Below, piece after piece: positions 1 to 8,927 of a stretch of 64,000 bases of DNA; within the stretch, counting starts at the first letter, position 1, and every line of letters begins with the position of its first letter. A program made the translations under genes and the position numbers. The DNA is from a bacterium (GTDB lineage Bacteria > Omnitrophota > Gorgyraeia > Zapsychrales > Zapsychraceae): positions 144,402 to 208,401 of the forward strand of contig JAUIER010000003.1 in the NCBI GenBank assembly GCA_030429765.1, written 5' to 3'. The notes below the pieces were generated by a model. That model was given only the letters and a program-made list of their open reading frames with translations. It did no database searches and was not told the DNA's origin.

Positions 1-269
1 AACTCAACTGGAGTGAACATCTGCCGGCCAATGCCACGCCGCTGCGGATCGGGGGCGATACCGCCATGACAGCCGCCAAGCCGGATGCCGTCGGGGGGAT
101 TGACTTCACCGGTGATCGGCTGAATATCCAGCTCAAACGCGACGCCGACGGAATCCCGCTGCCCATGCCCGTCCAACCCTTACGTCATATCCAGATCGAC
201 GGTCTCGTGCCTGTCATTCTCGACATCCGACCGATTAACGTGTTACCATTGTTTGTGGCTAGGGAGTAG
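1..269 (+). CDS. 3' end of a gene that starts upstream of the window; C-terminal ~60 aa homologous to C-terminus of the giant ORF (40908-52103)
   Basis: Frame 3 is open from nt 3 to TAG at 267-269 (LNWSEHLPANATPLRIGGDTAMTAAKPDAVGGIDFTGDRLNIQLKRDADGIPLPMPVQPLRHIQIDGLVPVILDIRPINVLPLFVARE*). High GC, like the core genome. The tail aligns with the giant protein tail ...DPVGGINFDADLIDLEIRGDHAPIELPFNPDQLQQLRIDGFSPVIIQIAPVTNLPLL. Confidence 0.55.
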   Translation, partial: LNWSEHLPANATPLRIGGDTAMTAAKPDAVGGIDFTGDRLNIQLKRDADGIPLPMPVQPLRHIQIDGLVPVILDIRPINVLPLFVARE

Positions 270-373
270 ATTAGCGGGTCGGATGTGGGGAGTAGCGAAA
301 AGATATTTTTTAGAGAAGTTTAAATTACGGGCCAGGCGGAGTCGCGTTGGTGCGAGAGAACGGTAAGAAGGAC

Positions 374-424
374 GGAGTCGCTTTGAAGCTAGCGACTCCT
401 GCCCGCGATTACTTCGTAATCGCG
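374..424. repeat. Two adjacent perfect hairpins (GGAGTCGCT-8nt-AGCGACTCC and CGCGATTA-5nt-TAATCGCG), part of a cassette-boundary repeat
   Basis: Reverse-complement stems read directly at 374-382/391-399 and 404-411/417-424. No T-tract follows, so this is not a typical intrinsic terminator. Confidence 0.6.
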
Positions 425-461
425 TTAGTGTCAGAACTCCCTAAGGTATAGCAGGGCATAA
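425..461. repeat. Boundary repeat family 'TT(A/G)GTGTCAGAACT(C/A)CC...' copy 1
   Basis: ttagtgtcagaactccctaaggtatagcagggcataa is ~80% identical to 2412-2454 (ttggtgtcagaactacccaaagtacagtattgcaggagtataa). The shorter core 'cctgcccgcga...ttggtgtcag' recurs at 1525-1583 and 1741-1763. Confidence 0.55.
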
Positions 462-499
462 ATTTAGGTCGTAATTCATTATATTAGCGAAGAGGCCTG

Positions 500-545
500 T
501 CCCAGTTTGACCGTTTATGATTAGCCGGCAAGCTGGGGCTGACCC
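500..545 (+). repeat. 46-nt direct repeat (copy 1 of 2; other copy 2938-2983) spanning 17 nt of 5' leader plus the first 10 codons (MISRQ[A/I]GADP)
   Basis: tcccagtttgaccgtttatgattagccggcaaGCtggggctgaccc vs tcccagtttgaccgtttatgattagccggcaaATtggggctgaccc: 44/46 identical. Confidence 0.8.
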
Positions 546-855
546 GTTCCCCGGAATGGTTATATACAATCAATGTGAGTTTGAAGAAACGCAAGATTTC
601 TGCTGGCACGTTAAAGAAGATAATCTGCCTAAACAAGGTGTCTATGAGTTGGCGAAATTATTGAATAAGTATCAACTTCTAGACATAGATATGATTACAT
701 TAAGCAGGCAGGAGTTGCTGGATAAATACAATATCGAGTTTTCCAAAGATCTAAATATAGATGAATTTAATCCCATTGTTGATGAATTAGAGTCAATTGA
801 AGTTGCTATGGTTGATGATATAGAGGAAGGAGATAGTTATTTTATTCATGAGTAA
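517..855 (+). CDS. hypothetical acidic protein (112 aa) with MISRQAGADP N-terminus, in the low-GC island
   Basis: ORF track. Start lies inside the 46-nt repeat. Its stop overlaps the start of the next ORF (ATGAGTAA at 848-855). Confidence 0.45.
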   Translation: MISRQAGADPFPGMVIYNQCEFEETQDFCWHVKEDNLPKQGVYELAKLLNKYQLLDIDMITLSRQELLDKYNIEFSKDLNIDEFNPIVDELESIEVAMVDDIEEGDSYFIHE

Positions 856-1132
856 TCTATACACTTGCCCCTGTTGCGGATATAAGACGTTGAATGAAAA
901 AGCTGGTGGAACATTTGAAATTTGCCCAGTTTGTTTTTGGGAAGATGATCCTGAGCAATTTGAGGATCCCGAATATGTTGGTGGTGCGAATGGGGGCGTC
1001 TCATTGAGGCAAGCACAGAAAAACTTTCTTGAACTTGGTGCCTGTTCAGAAGATATGGTAGACAAGGTAAGAAAGCCTAAAGATTATGACAAGAAAGATC
1101 CAAATTTTAAGTTGATTGGAGAGCCTGAATGA
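848..1132 (+). CDS. cysteine-rich CPCC-family small protein
   Basis: CPCCGYKTLNE...ICPVCFWEDDPEQ...YVGGANGGVSLRQAQ matches the CPCC-domain signature (recognised from memory). Translationally coupled to the preceding ORF. Confidence 0.55.
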   Translation: MSNLYTCPCCGYKTLNEKAGGTFEICPVCFWEDDPEQFEDPEYVGGANGGVSLRQAQKNFLELGACSEDMVDKVRKPKDYDKKDPNFKLIGEPE

Positions 1133-1179
1133 ATTATTGGGACGAAATTCATAGGGTTTAAATAGATTTTGCTCGTTTC

Positions 1180-1425
1180 TTAGTCTTCGGATTCCTTATG
1201 CTGCATAATATTAAAGTAAAGTCTTTTGTTTCGCATAATAACAACCCCGGGTAAAAACCATACGGTTAATACATCAATTGTAAATTCCTTAAAACCTGTG
1301 AATAGCTGAAAAAGTATTCCCGTAACAATCATCGCAACAATGATATGTGACATAAAGATTCCGTGGGATTCGCCTCCCGGAGGTACATTGAGTAATCGAT
1401 CGAGGCATCTCTTACAGAAATCCAA
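1180..1425 (-). CDS. hypothetical small membrane protein (81 aa)
   Basis: ORF track only. One hydrophobic segment (IIVAMIVTGILFQLF). Low-GC island. No homology recognised. Confidence 0.25.
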   Translation of the reverse strand: MDFCKRCLDRLLNVPPGGESHGIFMSHIIVAMIVTGILFQLFTGFKEFTIDVLTVWFLPGVVIMRNKRLYFNIMQHKESED

Positions 1426-1524
1426 AAACCAACCTGTAAGGACCCTAGTTAAGCAAGAATATTTTTGTGTAGATCGAGTTTATTGTTAATTTAGTTTTGA
1501 TGGAAGCTCCGGGGGGGGTACACC

Positions 1525-1583
1525 GAGTCGATCTGAAGCCCGCGGATCCTGCCCGCGACAGCATTTAAAAAAATTGGTGTCAG
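1525..1583. repeat. Boundary repeat family copy (gagtcgatctgaagcccgcggatcctgcccgcgacagcatttaaaaaaattggtgtcag)
   Basis: Aligns with 366-433 (gagtcgctttgaagctagcgactcctgcccgcgatta...ttagtgtcag). Confidence 0.5.
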
Positions 1584-1740
1584 GGTAAATTCAAGTAGCT
1601 AGTGCGAAGTGGGCTTTTGAGATTAATCCAGAATGGAAAAAGGCGGAGGATATATTAAAAATTGCTCAACAGAAAAATAATTTTTAGTAAAGATTATATG
1701 CTGAAGAAGAGGTTTAGATGTTCTGTGATCGCGACAACCT

Positions 1741-1763
1741 GTGGCAGTCGCATTGGTGTCAGG
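1741..1763. repeat. Boundary repeat family, short copy ending in ttggtgtcag
   Basis: gtggcagtcgcattggtgtcag shares the 10-nt core TTGGTGTCAG with 1574-1583 and 2412-2421. Confidence 0.35.
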
Positions 1764-1806
1764 ATCCTTTAAAGAGCAGGGACGCATATGTTAAGAAGGA
1801 GTAATA

Positions 1807-2277
1807 ATGGAGTCTATTGAAGCTATTTCCACGATAATAAAAGAAAATGATGAAATTTCAGACTTTTGTTTGCCTGTAGAGGTGAAAGTAATTTATGAGG
1901 CTGAGAAGGAACTTAATGTGCTACTACCAAATGATTACAGAGAGTTTCTATTAAGATTTGGTTGTGGCAATTTGGGTTCACAAGAAGTTTATGGTGTAGG
2001 GATAAAGCCAGTTGGTATACCTAGTGTCATATGGGCAACTAAAGAACAACGACTACATGAACCAAACTTTCCTCATGAGTATATCCTATTCCATAATAGT
2101 GGTTGTGGAGGTGGGCACTGTTTAGATACCTCAAGGATTTCCGGAGATGTTTGTCCTATAGTACGTTGGGAAATTGGCTGTAATGATAAGTTGCAAGCCG
2201 AAACAATTTCTGATTCTTTTTCGCAATTTATACTTAAAATATTTAAGGATGAACTACAAGGTCGGAATGATGATTAG
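1807..2277 (+). CDS. SMI1/KNR4 (SUKH superfamily) protein, immunity-protein type
   Basis: LPNDYREFLLRFGCGNLG...EYILFHNSG is the SMI1/KNR4 core signature. RBS-like AAGGAG sits 6 nt upstream of the ATG. Confidence 0.7.
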   Translation: MESIEAISTIIKENDEISDFCLPVEVKVIYEAEKELNVLLPNDYREFLLRFGCGNLGSQEVYGVGIKPVGIPSVIWATKEQRLHEPNFPHEYILFHNSGCGGGHCLDTSRISGDVCPIVRWEIGCNDKLQAETISDSFSQFILKIFKDELQGRNDD

Positions 2278-2411
2278 TGACAAATATCAATATTAAATAT
2301 TAGCTAAAAGTAGGATTGGAGAAGTCAAGACCTGCCAGTCAAATATCTAGTAATTGTTAGTATATCTGCAACGAATGCATACTAGTTTTTAAAATATTCC
2401 GTGAATATTAA

Positions 2412-2454
2412 TTGGTGTCAGAACTACCCAAAGTACAGTATTGCAGGAGTATAA
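2412..2454. repeat. Boundary repeat family copy
   Basis: See 425-461. Confidence 0.55.
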
Positions 2455-2849
2455 GCCGAAATACATTCGATAAAACGAAACTACTGTCCCTATTCGGGGG
2501 CTGTCCCGTTACTATTATGCTACCCAAATATTTATTTTATGTTGATGTAGAAGTATCTGCTGGTAAGGGGAATGAGAAAATGCCCGAAGAGTTACTGGGG
2601 GCGTATGTGAATTGTTATACTTTTGCAATCAATAAGGATGAAGCCATATTGAAAGTTAGAGGGTGTTTAGAAGAAGATAACTATAATATAATCAGCATTA
2701 ATGATTGCTATAGAGCAGATTTAGATCAATTTTCCATCGACTATGATGAGTCAACTGGAGAGCCCACGAAAAGAGATATCGAAGAAATACGAGAGTCATC
2801 TGGCGTGTTTTATGCAAATTTCTTTGGGTATGAAAAGGACGAGCAGTGA
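2412..2849 (+). CDS. hypothetical protein (145 aa), cassette ORF
   Basis: ORF track. Begins inside boundary repeat copy 2412-2454. Low GC. Confidence 0.4.
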   Translation: MVSELPKVQYCRSISRNTFDKTKLLSLFGGCPVTIMLPKYLFYVDVEVSAGKGNEKMPEELLGAYVNCYTFAINKDEAILKVRGCLEEDNYNIISINDCYRADLDQFSIDYDESTGEPTKRDIEEIRESSGVFYANFFGYEKDEQ

Positions 2850-2937
2850 TCGTTGGTGAAAACTAAAGACAAAGACTCATAAAATACGGCAACAATCAAG
2901 TTTGGAGCGTAATCCAGTTGATAGCAAATAAGACGTA

Positions 2938-2983
2938 TCCCAGTTTGACCGTTTATGATTAGCCGGCAAATTGGGGCTGACCC
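2938..2983 (+). repeat. 46-nt direct repeat copy 2
   Basis: See 500-545. Confidence 0.8.
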
Positions 2984-3917
2984 AGTAGATTACATTTTAC
3001 CTATGCAGAAAATTAATATACTTATTCAAAAATATGAATTCAATGATGAAGCCTTGATTAAGGAAATCGTCCTACTGGTGCCTAGTCAAGATTTGGTAGA
3101 GCGAATCAATGAATGTTTTCAGAAAGAGAGTGTTTACGATAAGCAAGGTGGACTTATTGAACTTATCCAAGACATTCTTTGTTGCCGAAACGGTTGGGTG
3201 ACGCAACGTTATTCCAACAATTTCCGTCGAACTTTGGATGCATCTTCATTTCCGAATATCCTAAATCAAAAAATAATTACCCATGAAAATCGGATCAATT
3301 ATCACCTGACTAGTTTCTTCAAATATAGTAATAAGAGGTATCTCCCGATATTGCAAAGAGCTTACAAGCATGCATTAAAATATGATCCTTTAGAAGTATC
3401 TATGATTGTGGGAGAAATGTACTGGTTATCCAAGGAGTTTAATTGGAATATAATCAAGAATTTGAGTCGAAGTCAGGATTTTCTGCATCGATGGGCAATA
3501 CTAGACATTTTCGGTGCTATATCCATCAACAGGGATGAGCAATATGAAAAAAAGAAATTGGGTATATTACGCCAGTTGCGAAATGATCCAAATCCGTTTA
3601 TCGCTCAAGAAGCCTCATGGCTCATTTCTGAAAGTCGGTATGTCCAGGCGTATAATAAGGGAATGCCAAAAAGTAAACCAGCAACCATAAATTATAAAAA
3701 GAAGATGCGTCTATACAGTAAGGCAAAGGCAGAAGTCGAACTTAGCTATACTTTTGGGGAAATAAAGGCAAAATACAGCCGCCTCCGAAAATATTTTCCA
3801 GAGACATTTGCTGTTCGTAACGTAATCGAAGGAATACTAATGTTTGGTTGGCAGAAATCGGTTATAGATAAAGATTATGATAAATGGTTAGCGGTGAAAA
3901 TCAAAGATACCATATAG
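2955..3917 (+). CDS. hypothetical protein (320 aa) with MISRQIGADP N-terminus
   Basis: ORF track. N-terminus encoded by the 46-nt repeat. No domain recognised. Confidence 0.5.
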   Translation: MISRQIGADPVDYILPMQKINILIQKYEFNDEALIKEIVLLVPSQDLVERINECFQKESVYDKQGGLIELIQDILCCRNGWVTQRYSNNFRRTLDASSFPNILNQKIITHENRINYHLTSFFKYSNKRYLPILQRAYKHALKYDPLEVSMIVGEMYWLSKEFNWNIIKNLSRSQDFLHRWAILDIFGAISINRDEQYEKKKLGILRQLRNDPNPFIAQEASWLISESRYVQAYNKGMPKSKPATINYKKKMRLYSKAKAEVELSYTFGEIKAKYSRLRKYFPETFAVRNVIEGILMFGWQKSVIDKDYDKWLAVKIKDTI

Positions 3918-3948
3918 GGCAATCGAAATGCTACGAACATTTTTTTTC

Positions 3949-4278
3949 TTACTTTTGATTTAACTTATTGAAGCAATTGTTACATACAATACGACATTCT
4001 TCGCTCAGGGATAGGCCATGGATTTCAATAGATTGACCATTTGCATTAAGTTCGGTTTCCAAATAATACTCTCCCGAAGGGAGTGGAGAAAAGCAGGCTT
4101 CACAAATTTCTGGAAACAGGTTTTTACACCAATCTTTACGGGTTTTGAAGCAAATGCTACAAACATAAAGATATGAGATAGTTTTTCTTGCATTGGTAAC
4201 TTCTGAAAATTGCCAAAAATTCACGGCAGTTAAATTTCCGCATATATCTGTATTCTTTCCACATTGTTCACAGTTCAT
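3949..4278 (-). CDS. hypothetical cysteine-rich protein (109 aa)
   Basis: Many CxxC pairs (CEQCGK, CSIC, CEAC, CNNC). Low-GC island. Weak RBS. Confidence 0.35.
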   Translation of the reverse strand: MNCEQCGKNTDICGNLTAVNFWQFSEVTNARKTISYLYVCSICFKTRKDWCKNLFPEICEACFSPLPSGEYYLETELNANGQSIEIHGLSLSEECRIVCNNCFNKLNQK

Positions 4279-4419
4279 TTTTTGAAGTGTATAAGATTTA
4301 TTTGAGGACCTATTATATCATCAAATTTGGTATTACTACTAATCAGCATGATGAAAATAGTCAATCTCTGGGGACTATTCAGTATTCCCCACCCCCCAAA
4401 TTTGTGCTATAATCCCGGC

Positions 4420-4722
4420 ATGGCTGAACGATTTGTACGGGTTTTCTCTAAATTGGATCTCTCCAAGATCACCCCGCAATTATTGATTTACGGTGATATT
4501 TCCGGGACGTGCGCCGGATGTCAGAAGATCGACATCAAGCTCAATCAGCCGGTGTGTCCCGAGTGCAAGAGCGAGTTCAAATTCATCGCCTTTCGCAATA
4601 TCCGGGCCCATTTACCCAAATTACAGCAGTTATCCGCGCAGCGGCCGAGTGTCACGATCATCGATTACGATGATTACAAGCGTGAACTCAGCGCGTCGAA
4701 GGCCGCGGATTTTTTTAAATAG
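4420..4722 (+). CDS. hypothetical zinc-ribbon protein (~100 aa)
   Basis: CAGCQK...CPECK zinc-ribbon pattern. GC rises at the internal ATG 4420 (MAERFVRV...), so that is taken as the start. Confidence 0.45.
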   Translation: MAERFVRVFSKLDLSKITPQLLIYGDISGTCAGCQKIDIKLNQPVCPECKSEFKFIAFRNIRAHLPKLQQLSAQRPSVTIIDYDDYKRELSASKAADFFK

Positions 4723-4764
4723 GATCCATTCCCCGCGAGTGGCCGAACCCCACAGGAGCTTACC

Positions 4765-5907
4765 GTGATCAACAAAGACCGTCTCATCAAGCTAACCCAA
4801 AAACTCATTCGCTTTGATTCATCCAACCCGCCGGGGCTGGAATACGAATGCGCCAAGTTTATCGAAAAGGATATGCGGTCGCTGGGGCTCGAGGTTAAGA
4901 CGGTGAGTTACGCTCCCAAGCGTCCGAATGTGATCGCCACGTTAAAGGGAACACTGCCGCGCGCCCAGGCTAAAAAGGAAGCGATTCTGCTGACACCGCA
5001 TTTCGATACCGTACCGGTAGGCAGCGGATGGAAGTACAAGCCATTTGGCGGCGAGATCGTCGGCGGCAAGATCTATGGACGCGGGACGAGTGATGATAAA
5101 GGCAACACGGCGGCGTGTATGGAGGTGATGCGATCGCTGGTCGAAGACGGGGTCCGTCTGAAAAAAGATGTGATCATGGCCGCGACGGTGGATGAGGAGA
5201 CCGGATCGCAGATGGGGATCATTCCATTGCTGGATAAAAAAGTCCTCACACCCAAATTCGCGCTGGTGGTGGACTCCACGGAATTCGACGCGATGATCGT
5301 GCAGAAAGGTGTTCTGCAGTTTCGCGTCCAGATCTTCGGTAAAAAAGCACACAGTGCCTATAACTGGCGCGGTGACAGCGCGATCGAAACCGCGGCGCGA
5401 TGTATCAATCGCCTCAAGAAAATCAAATTTCCACACAAAAAACACAAACTCTTACATGCCCCGTCGTTGAATGTCGGTGTGATAAACGGGGGTGACAAGG
5501 TCAATATGGTCGCGGACCTCTGCGAGTTTACCGTGGATCATCGTTTCTGTCCGGGGACGAATTATCGCGAACCGCTCAAATTGATCAAAGAGACCCTGGC
5601 CAAAGAGACCAAGAAATTCAAGATCATCCTCGATGATATCCAGCAGCCGTATGAGATCAAGGCCGATCATCCGTACGTGAAGACCTTTCTGGATGTCAAC
5701 AAACGGATGAAGGCGCCGGCGGGGATTAAAGGCAGTGAAGGCGCGACCGTGATCACCTTTTTTCAAAAGCACAAGATTCCGGCATTTGCCACCGGCTGGG
5801 GCGCGCATGGCACGCTGCATGCCAATGACGAACACATCTACATCAAATCGCTATATAAGGGAACGCAGGTGTTGGAGGCGTACGTCAAGGAATACGATCA
5901 GCTGTAG
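4765..5907 (+). CDS. M20-family metallopeptidase (ArgE/DapE-type deacylase)
   Basis: DSSNPPG...TPHFDTVP...GRGTSDDKG and DEETG metal-binding motifs. GTG start with AGGAG 7 nt upstream. Confidence 0.85.
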   Translation: MINKDRLIKLTQKLIRFDSSNPPGLEYECAKFIEKDMRSLGLEVKTVSYAPKRPNVIATLKGTLPRAQAKKEAILLTPHFDTVPVGSGWKYKPFGGEIVGGKIYGRGTSDDKGNTAACMEVMRSLVEDGVRLKKDVIMAATVDEETGSQMGIIPLLDKKVLTPKFALVVDSTEFDAMIVQKGVLQFRVQIFGKKAHSAYNWRGDSAIETAARCINRLKKIKFPHKKHKLLHAPSLNVGVINGGDKVNMVADLCEFTVDHRFCPGTNYREPLKLIKETLAKETKKFKIILDDIQQPYEIKADHPYVKTFLDVNKRMKAPAGIKGSEGATVITFFQKHKIPAFATGWGAHGTLHANDEHIYIKSLYKGTQVLEAYVKEYDQL

Positions 5908-6003
5908 ACCGATGATCGGGGTTATAAAAAATCCCGATCTTTGTAATATTCGGGCGTGTGAATTTGTGGTAGCCTAGTAAAAACTCTAAGGAAAGGCGAT
6001 ATT

Positions 6004-6924
6004 ATGGACTTAAAGGGCGAAGTCGTATTTTCATCCGGACGGCACGGAGATTATGATATCTGGTCGATCAACATGGAGAGCAAACAGGTCTCGCAGTTGA
6101 CCGAGGGATCCACCAAGAATGATTATCCGCGCTGGTCGCCGGACGGATCACAGATCGTGTATATTTCTCATCAGACCGAAGTGCCGGAGATCTGGGTGAT
6201 GGAGGCCAACGGAGACAATCCGCGGCAGGTCACCAAGAAGAACAAATGGCACGCCTCACCGTCATGGTCGCCGGACGGGCAACGCCTGGTGTTCTGCGCC
6301 AATTACGACGCGAATTTTGATGTGTACACCATCAAACTGGATGGATCGGATCTGCAGCGCGTGACCGATCATGAGGGATCGGATTTCACGCCCGAGTTTT
6401 CGCCGGACGGCAAGTCGATCGTCTACACCTCGCAGCAGGCCGGTAATGATGATATCTGGATCTTTGATATCGAATCCGGCAAATCCCGTCAGATCACCGA
6501 ATACACGGGCCGGGACTACAGCCCGACATTTTCGCCCGACGGTAAAATTCTCGCCTATGTCTCCGGGGATATCAACAAAGACGGCTCTGAGAATCTGGAG
6601 ATCTTCACGCTGGAGTTTGATACCAATACCACCTATCAGGTCACCAAAAATCCCGGCGCCGACCGTTTTGTGCGCTGGTCGCCTGACGGTAAATATCTGG
6701 TGTACTGCGGGGCCAAGGGATCGGGGCCGGAACGGCTGACCGTCCTGGAATATGAATCCGGCAAGTACAAGCAGGTGGATTTTGACCGCACCAAACTGGA
6801 CTTCGAAATGGAGGTCAAACCCAGCGGATTCGGTTTGTTCTCGTTGCTGCCGGAAAGTATCCGCCGCAAATTTTATCCCGACGATTATTTCGGTAATGAG
6901 CGCTATCCCGACTGGAAATATTAA
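6004..6924 (+). CDS. PD40/WD40-like beta-propeller repeat protein (TolB-like repeats, no signal peptide)
   Basis: Repeated W/F-SPDG motifs (RWSPDGSQIVY, SWSPDGQRLVF, FSPDGKSIVY, FSPDGKILAY, RWSPDGKYLVY). Confidence 0.8.
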   Translation: MDLKGEVVFSSGRHGDYDIWSINMESKQVSQLTEGSTKNDYPRWSPDGSQIVYISHQTEVPEIWVMEANGDNPRQVTKKNKWHASPSWSPDGQRLVFCANYDANFDVYTIKLDGSDLQRVTDHEGSDFTPEFSPDGKSIVYTSQQAGNDDIWIFDIESGKSRQITEYTGRDYSPTFSPDGKILAYVSGDINKDGSENLEIFTLEFDTNTTYQVTKNPGADRFVRWSPDGKYLVYCGAKGSGPERLTVLEYESGKYKQVDFDRTKLDFEMEVKPSGFGLFSLLPESIRRKFYPDDYFGNERYPDWKY

Positions 6925-6935
6925 TTCCTGTCCCT

Positions 6936-7628
6936 ATGTATCGAAGCATTGATTCCATCAAGATCATCAGCACGATCGCCATCCTCGATGAGCGCATCCG
7001 CAAGCGTTTCCCCAATTCCGGGCTGTCACGTGTCAGCCGTGAGCTGCTGCAGGTGGGGCGCGAGGCCAAGTTCAAAAGCGAGGCGATCTGCAAACCCAAT
7101 CTGTATCTGCGGTTTTTTGCGACCATCGCGATTCTGATCATTATCGTCGGGCTGCACGTCAGTCTGGCGCAGGTTCCGCTGGCCCATGACCACTTGAGCG
7201 TGGCCGAGTTTATCCAGGTGCTGGAGGCCGGCCTCAATGATATCGTGCTGATTGGCGCGGCCATCTTTTTTGTGGTGACATTTGAAACGCGCATCAAGCG
7301 CGAGAAATGCCTGCAGCTGCTGCACGAACTGCGGGTACTGGCCCACGTGGTTGACATGCATCAGCTGTCCAAGGATCCCGACAAGATGCTTGGAAATCCC
7401 GACGATTACACTTACCCGCCCGGTGAACGTCTCAATAGCTTTCAACTCAACCGCTATCTGGACTATTGTTCGGAGATGCTGTCGATGATCGGCAAGCTCG
7501 CCGCGCTGTACGTCCAGAATTTCAGTGATCCGGTGGTGATCGCAGCGGTCAATGAAATCGAGACCCTGACCACTGGATTGTCCCGCAAGATCTGGCAGAA
7601 AATCATGATCCTGCACACATACAAGTAA
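6936..7628 (+). CDS. hypothetical membrane protein
   Basis: Hydrophobic segments and normal composition. The overlapping antisense ORF 7026-7637 has antisense-type composition. Confidence 0.45.
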   Translation: MYRSIDSIKIISTIAILDERIRKRFPNSGLSRVSRELLQVGREAKFKSEAICKPNLYLRFFATIAILIIIVGLHVSLAQVPLAHDHLSVAEFIQVLEAGLNDIVLIGAAIFFVVTFETRIKREKCLQLLHELRVLAHVVDMHQLSKDPDKMLGNPDDYTYPPGERLNSFQLNRYLDYCSEMLSMIGKLAALYVQNFSDPVVIAAVNEIETLTTGLSRKIWQKIMILHTYK

Positions 7629-7714
7629 TCCAACCAAGATTTTGACTTCTCATCTAAATTGTGGTTGAATAGAGGCTTCCATGGAGGCTCTCCTAATCTC
7701 TACGAGGAATGGTT

Positions 7715-8893
7715 ATGAAATATCCAGATAAAAACGGACATTTTGGTGAATTCGGCGGACGCTTTCTGCCGGAAACGCTGATTGCGTTGCATGACGAGCT
7801 CGAAGGCGTGTTTAAGTCCGCCCTCAAGGATCCCCAATTCAAAAAAGAGTTTCAATATTATCTCAATGAATACGCCGGCCGGCCGACCAAGCTGTATTAC
7901 GCGGAGCGCCTAAGCCAGCGGCTGAAGACGCTCAAGGTGTACCTCAAGCGGGAGGACCTGCTGCACACCGGCGCGCATAAGATCAACAACACGCTCGGTC
8001 AGATTTTATTGGCCAAGCGCATGGGCAAGACGCGCATTATTGCCGAGACCGGGGCGGGCCAGCACGGGGTAGCCACGGCGACGGCGGCGGCCCTAATGGG
8101 GCTGGAATGCGTGATCTACATGGGTGAGGAAGATACCCGTCGTCAATCACTGAATGTGTTCCGGATGAAATTGCTCGGCGCCCAGGTGGTGCCGGTCACC
8201 AGCGGTTCAAGGACACTCAAAGACGCGATGAATGAAGCGATACGCGATTGGGTGACAAACGTCGACAAAACATTTTATATCATCGGATCGGTGGCCGGCG
8301 CGCATCCGTATCCGCTCATCGTCCGTGAATTTCAGGCGGTGATCGGACGCGAAGCCCGGCGACAGTTTCTCAAGGCCGAAAACAAGCTGCCGAATTATCT
8401 GATTGCCTGCGTGGGCGGCGGCAGCAACGCGATGGGATTGTTTCACGCCTTCTATAAAGATAAATCAGTCAAGATGATCGGCGTCGAAGCGGCCGGTCAT
8501 GGGCTCAACACCGTCGAGCATTCCGCGCCGTTAGCCAAAGGAAAGATCGGTGTGCTGCACGGCAGTAAGAGTGATTTGCTGCAGACCGAGGATGGACAGA
8601 TCCAGGTCGCGCATTCGGTCGCGGCGGGACTGGATTACCCGGGCGTCGGGCCGGAACATTCGTTTTACAAGAAATCCGGACGGGCCGAATATGTGGCGGT
8701 TGAAGATCGCGAGGCCATTAAAGGGCTCAAGCTTTTATCCGAGACCGAAGGGATTATCCCCGCGCTGGAAACCGCGCATGTGTTCGCGTATCTTCCCAAG
8801 CTCGCGCGCAAACTCAAACGTCAGCAATCGATCATTGTCTGTCTGTCAGGCCGCGGCGATAAAGACATGGAACAAATCAAAGAATTAATTTAG
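7715..8893 (+). CDS. trpB: tryptophan synthase beta chain
   Basis: [12 protein letters not shown]-lysine motif, GGGSNA. GAGGA 6 nt upstream of ATG 7715. Confidence 0.95.
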   Translation: MKYPDKNGHFGEFGGRFLPETLIALHDELEGVFKSALKDPQFKKEFQYYLNEYAGRPTKLYYAERLSQRLKTLKVYLKREDLLHTGAHKINNTLGQILLAKRMGKTRIIAETGAGQHGVATATAAALMGLECVIYMGEEDTRRQSLNVFRMKLLGAQVVPVTSGSRTLKDAMNEAIRDWVTNVDKTFYIIGSVAGAHPYPLIVREFQAVIGREARRQFLKAENKLPNYLIACVGGGSNAMGLFHAFYKDKSVKMIGVEAAGHGLNTVEHSAPLAKGKIGVLHGSKSDLLQTEDGQIQVAHSVAAGLDYPGVGPEHSFYKKSGRAEYVAVEDREAIKGLKLLSETEGIIPALETAHVFAYLPKLARKLKRQQSIIVCLSGRGDKDMEQIKELI

Positions 8894-8927
8894 GACGAAG
8901 TTTTCGTCATAACCGACAGGTGCATTT

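Noticed and set aside
366-2454. Integron attC sites / integron cassette array
   Set aside because: The repeats lack the GTTRRRY and RYYYAAC core sites, and no intI-like gene is visible. Kept as a generic cassette-boundary repeat. Needs an attC covariance-model test.
500-2983. CRISPR array
   Set aside because: Only two copies of the 46-nt repeat, 2.4 kb apart, each overlapping an ORF start. No regular repeat-spacer periodicity anywhere in the window.
517-2985. Rhs/CdiA-type toxin-CT junction motif (DPxGL / VENN) in the shared MISRQxGADP N-terminus
   Set aside because: The shared segment contains its own start codon and 5' leader, with stops in all frames upstream. It is not an in-frame continuation of a conserved core.
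4493-4768. 91-aa alternative-frame ORF overlapping the zinc-ribbon ORF
   Set aside because: Pro/Ser/Arg-rich low-complexity translation typical of an off-frame read. The zinc-ribbon frame has CxxC pairs.
7026-7637. 203-aa minus-strand ORF overlapping the + strand membrane-protein ORF 6936-7628
   Set aside because: Its Q/H/R/D/L-rich composition is typical of antisense translation of a GC-rich gene. The + strand ORF has TM segments and ordinary composition.
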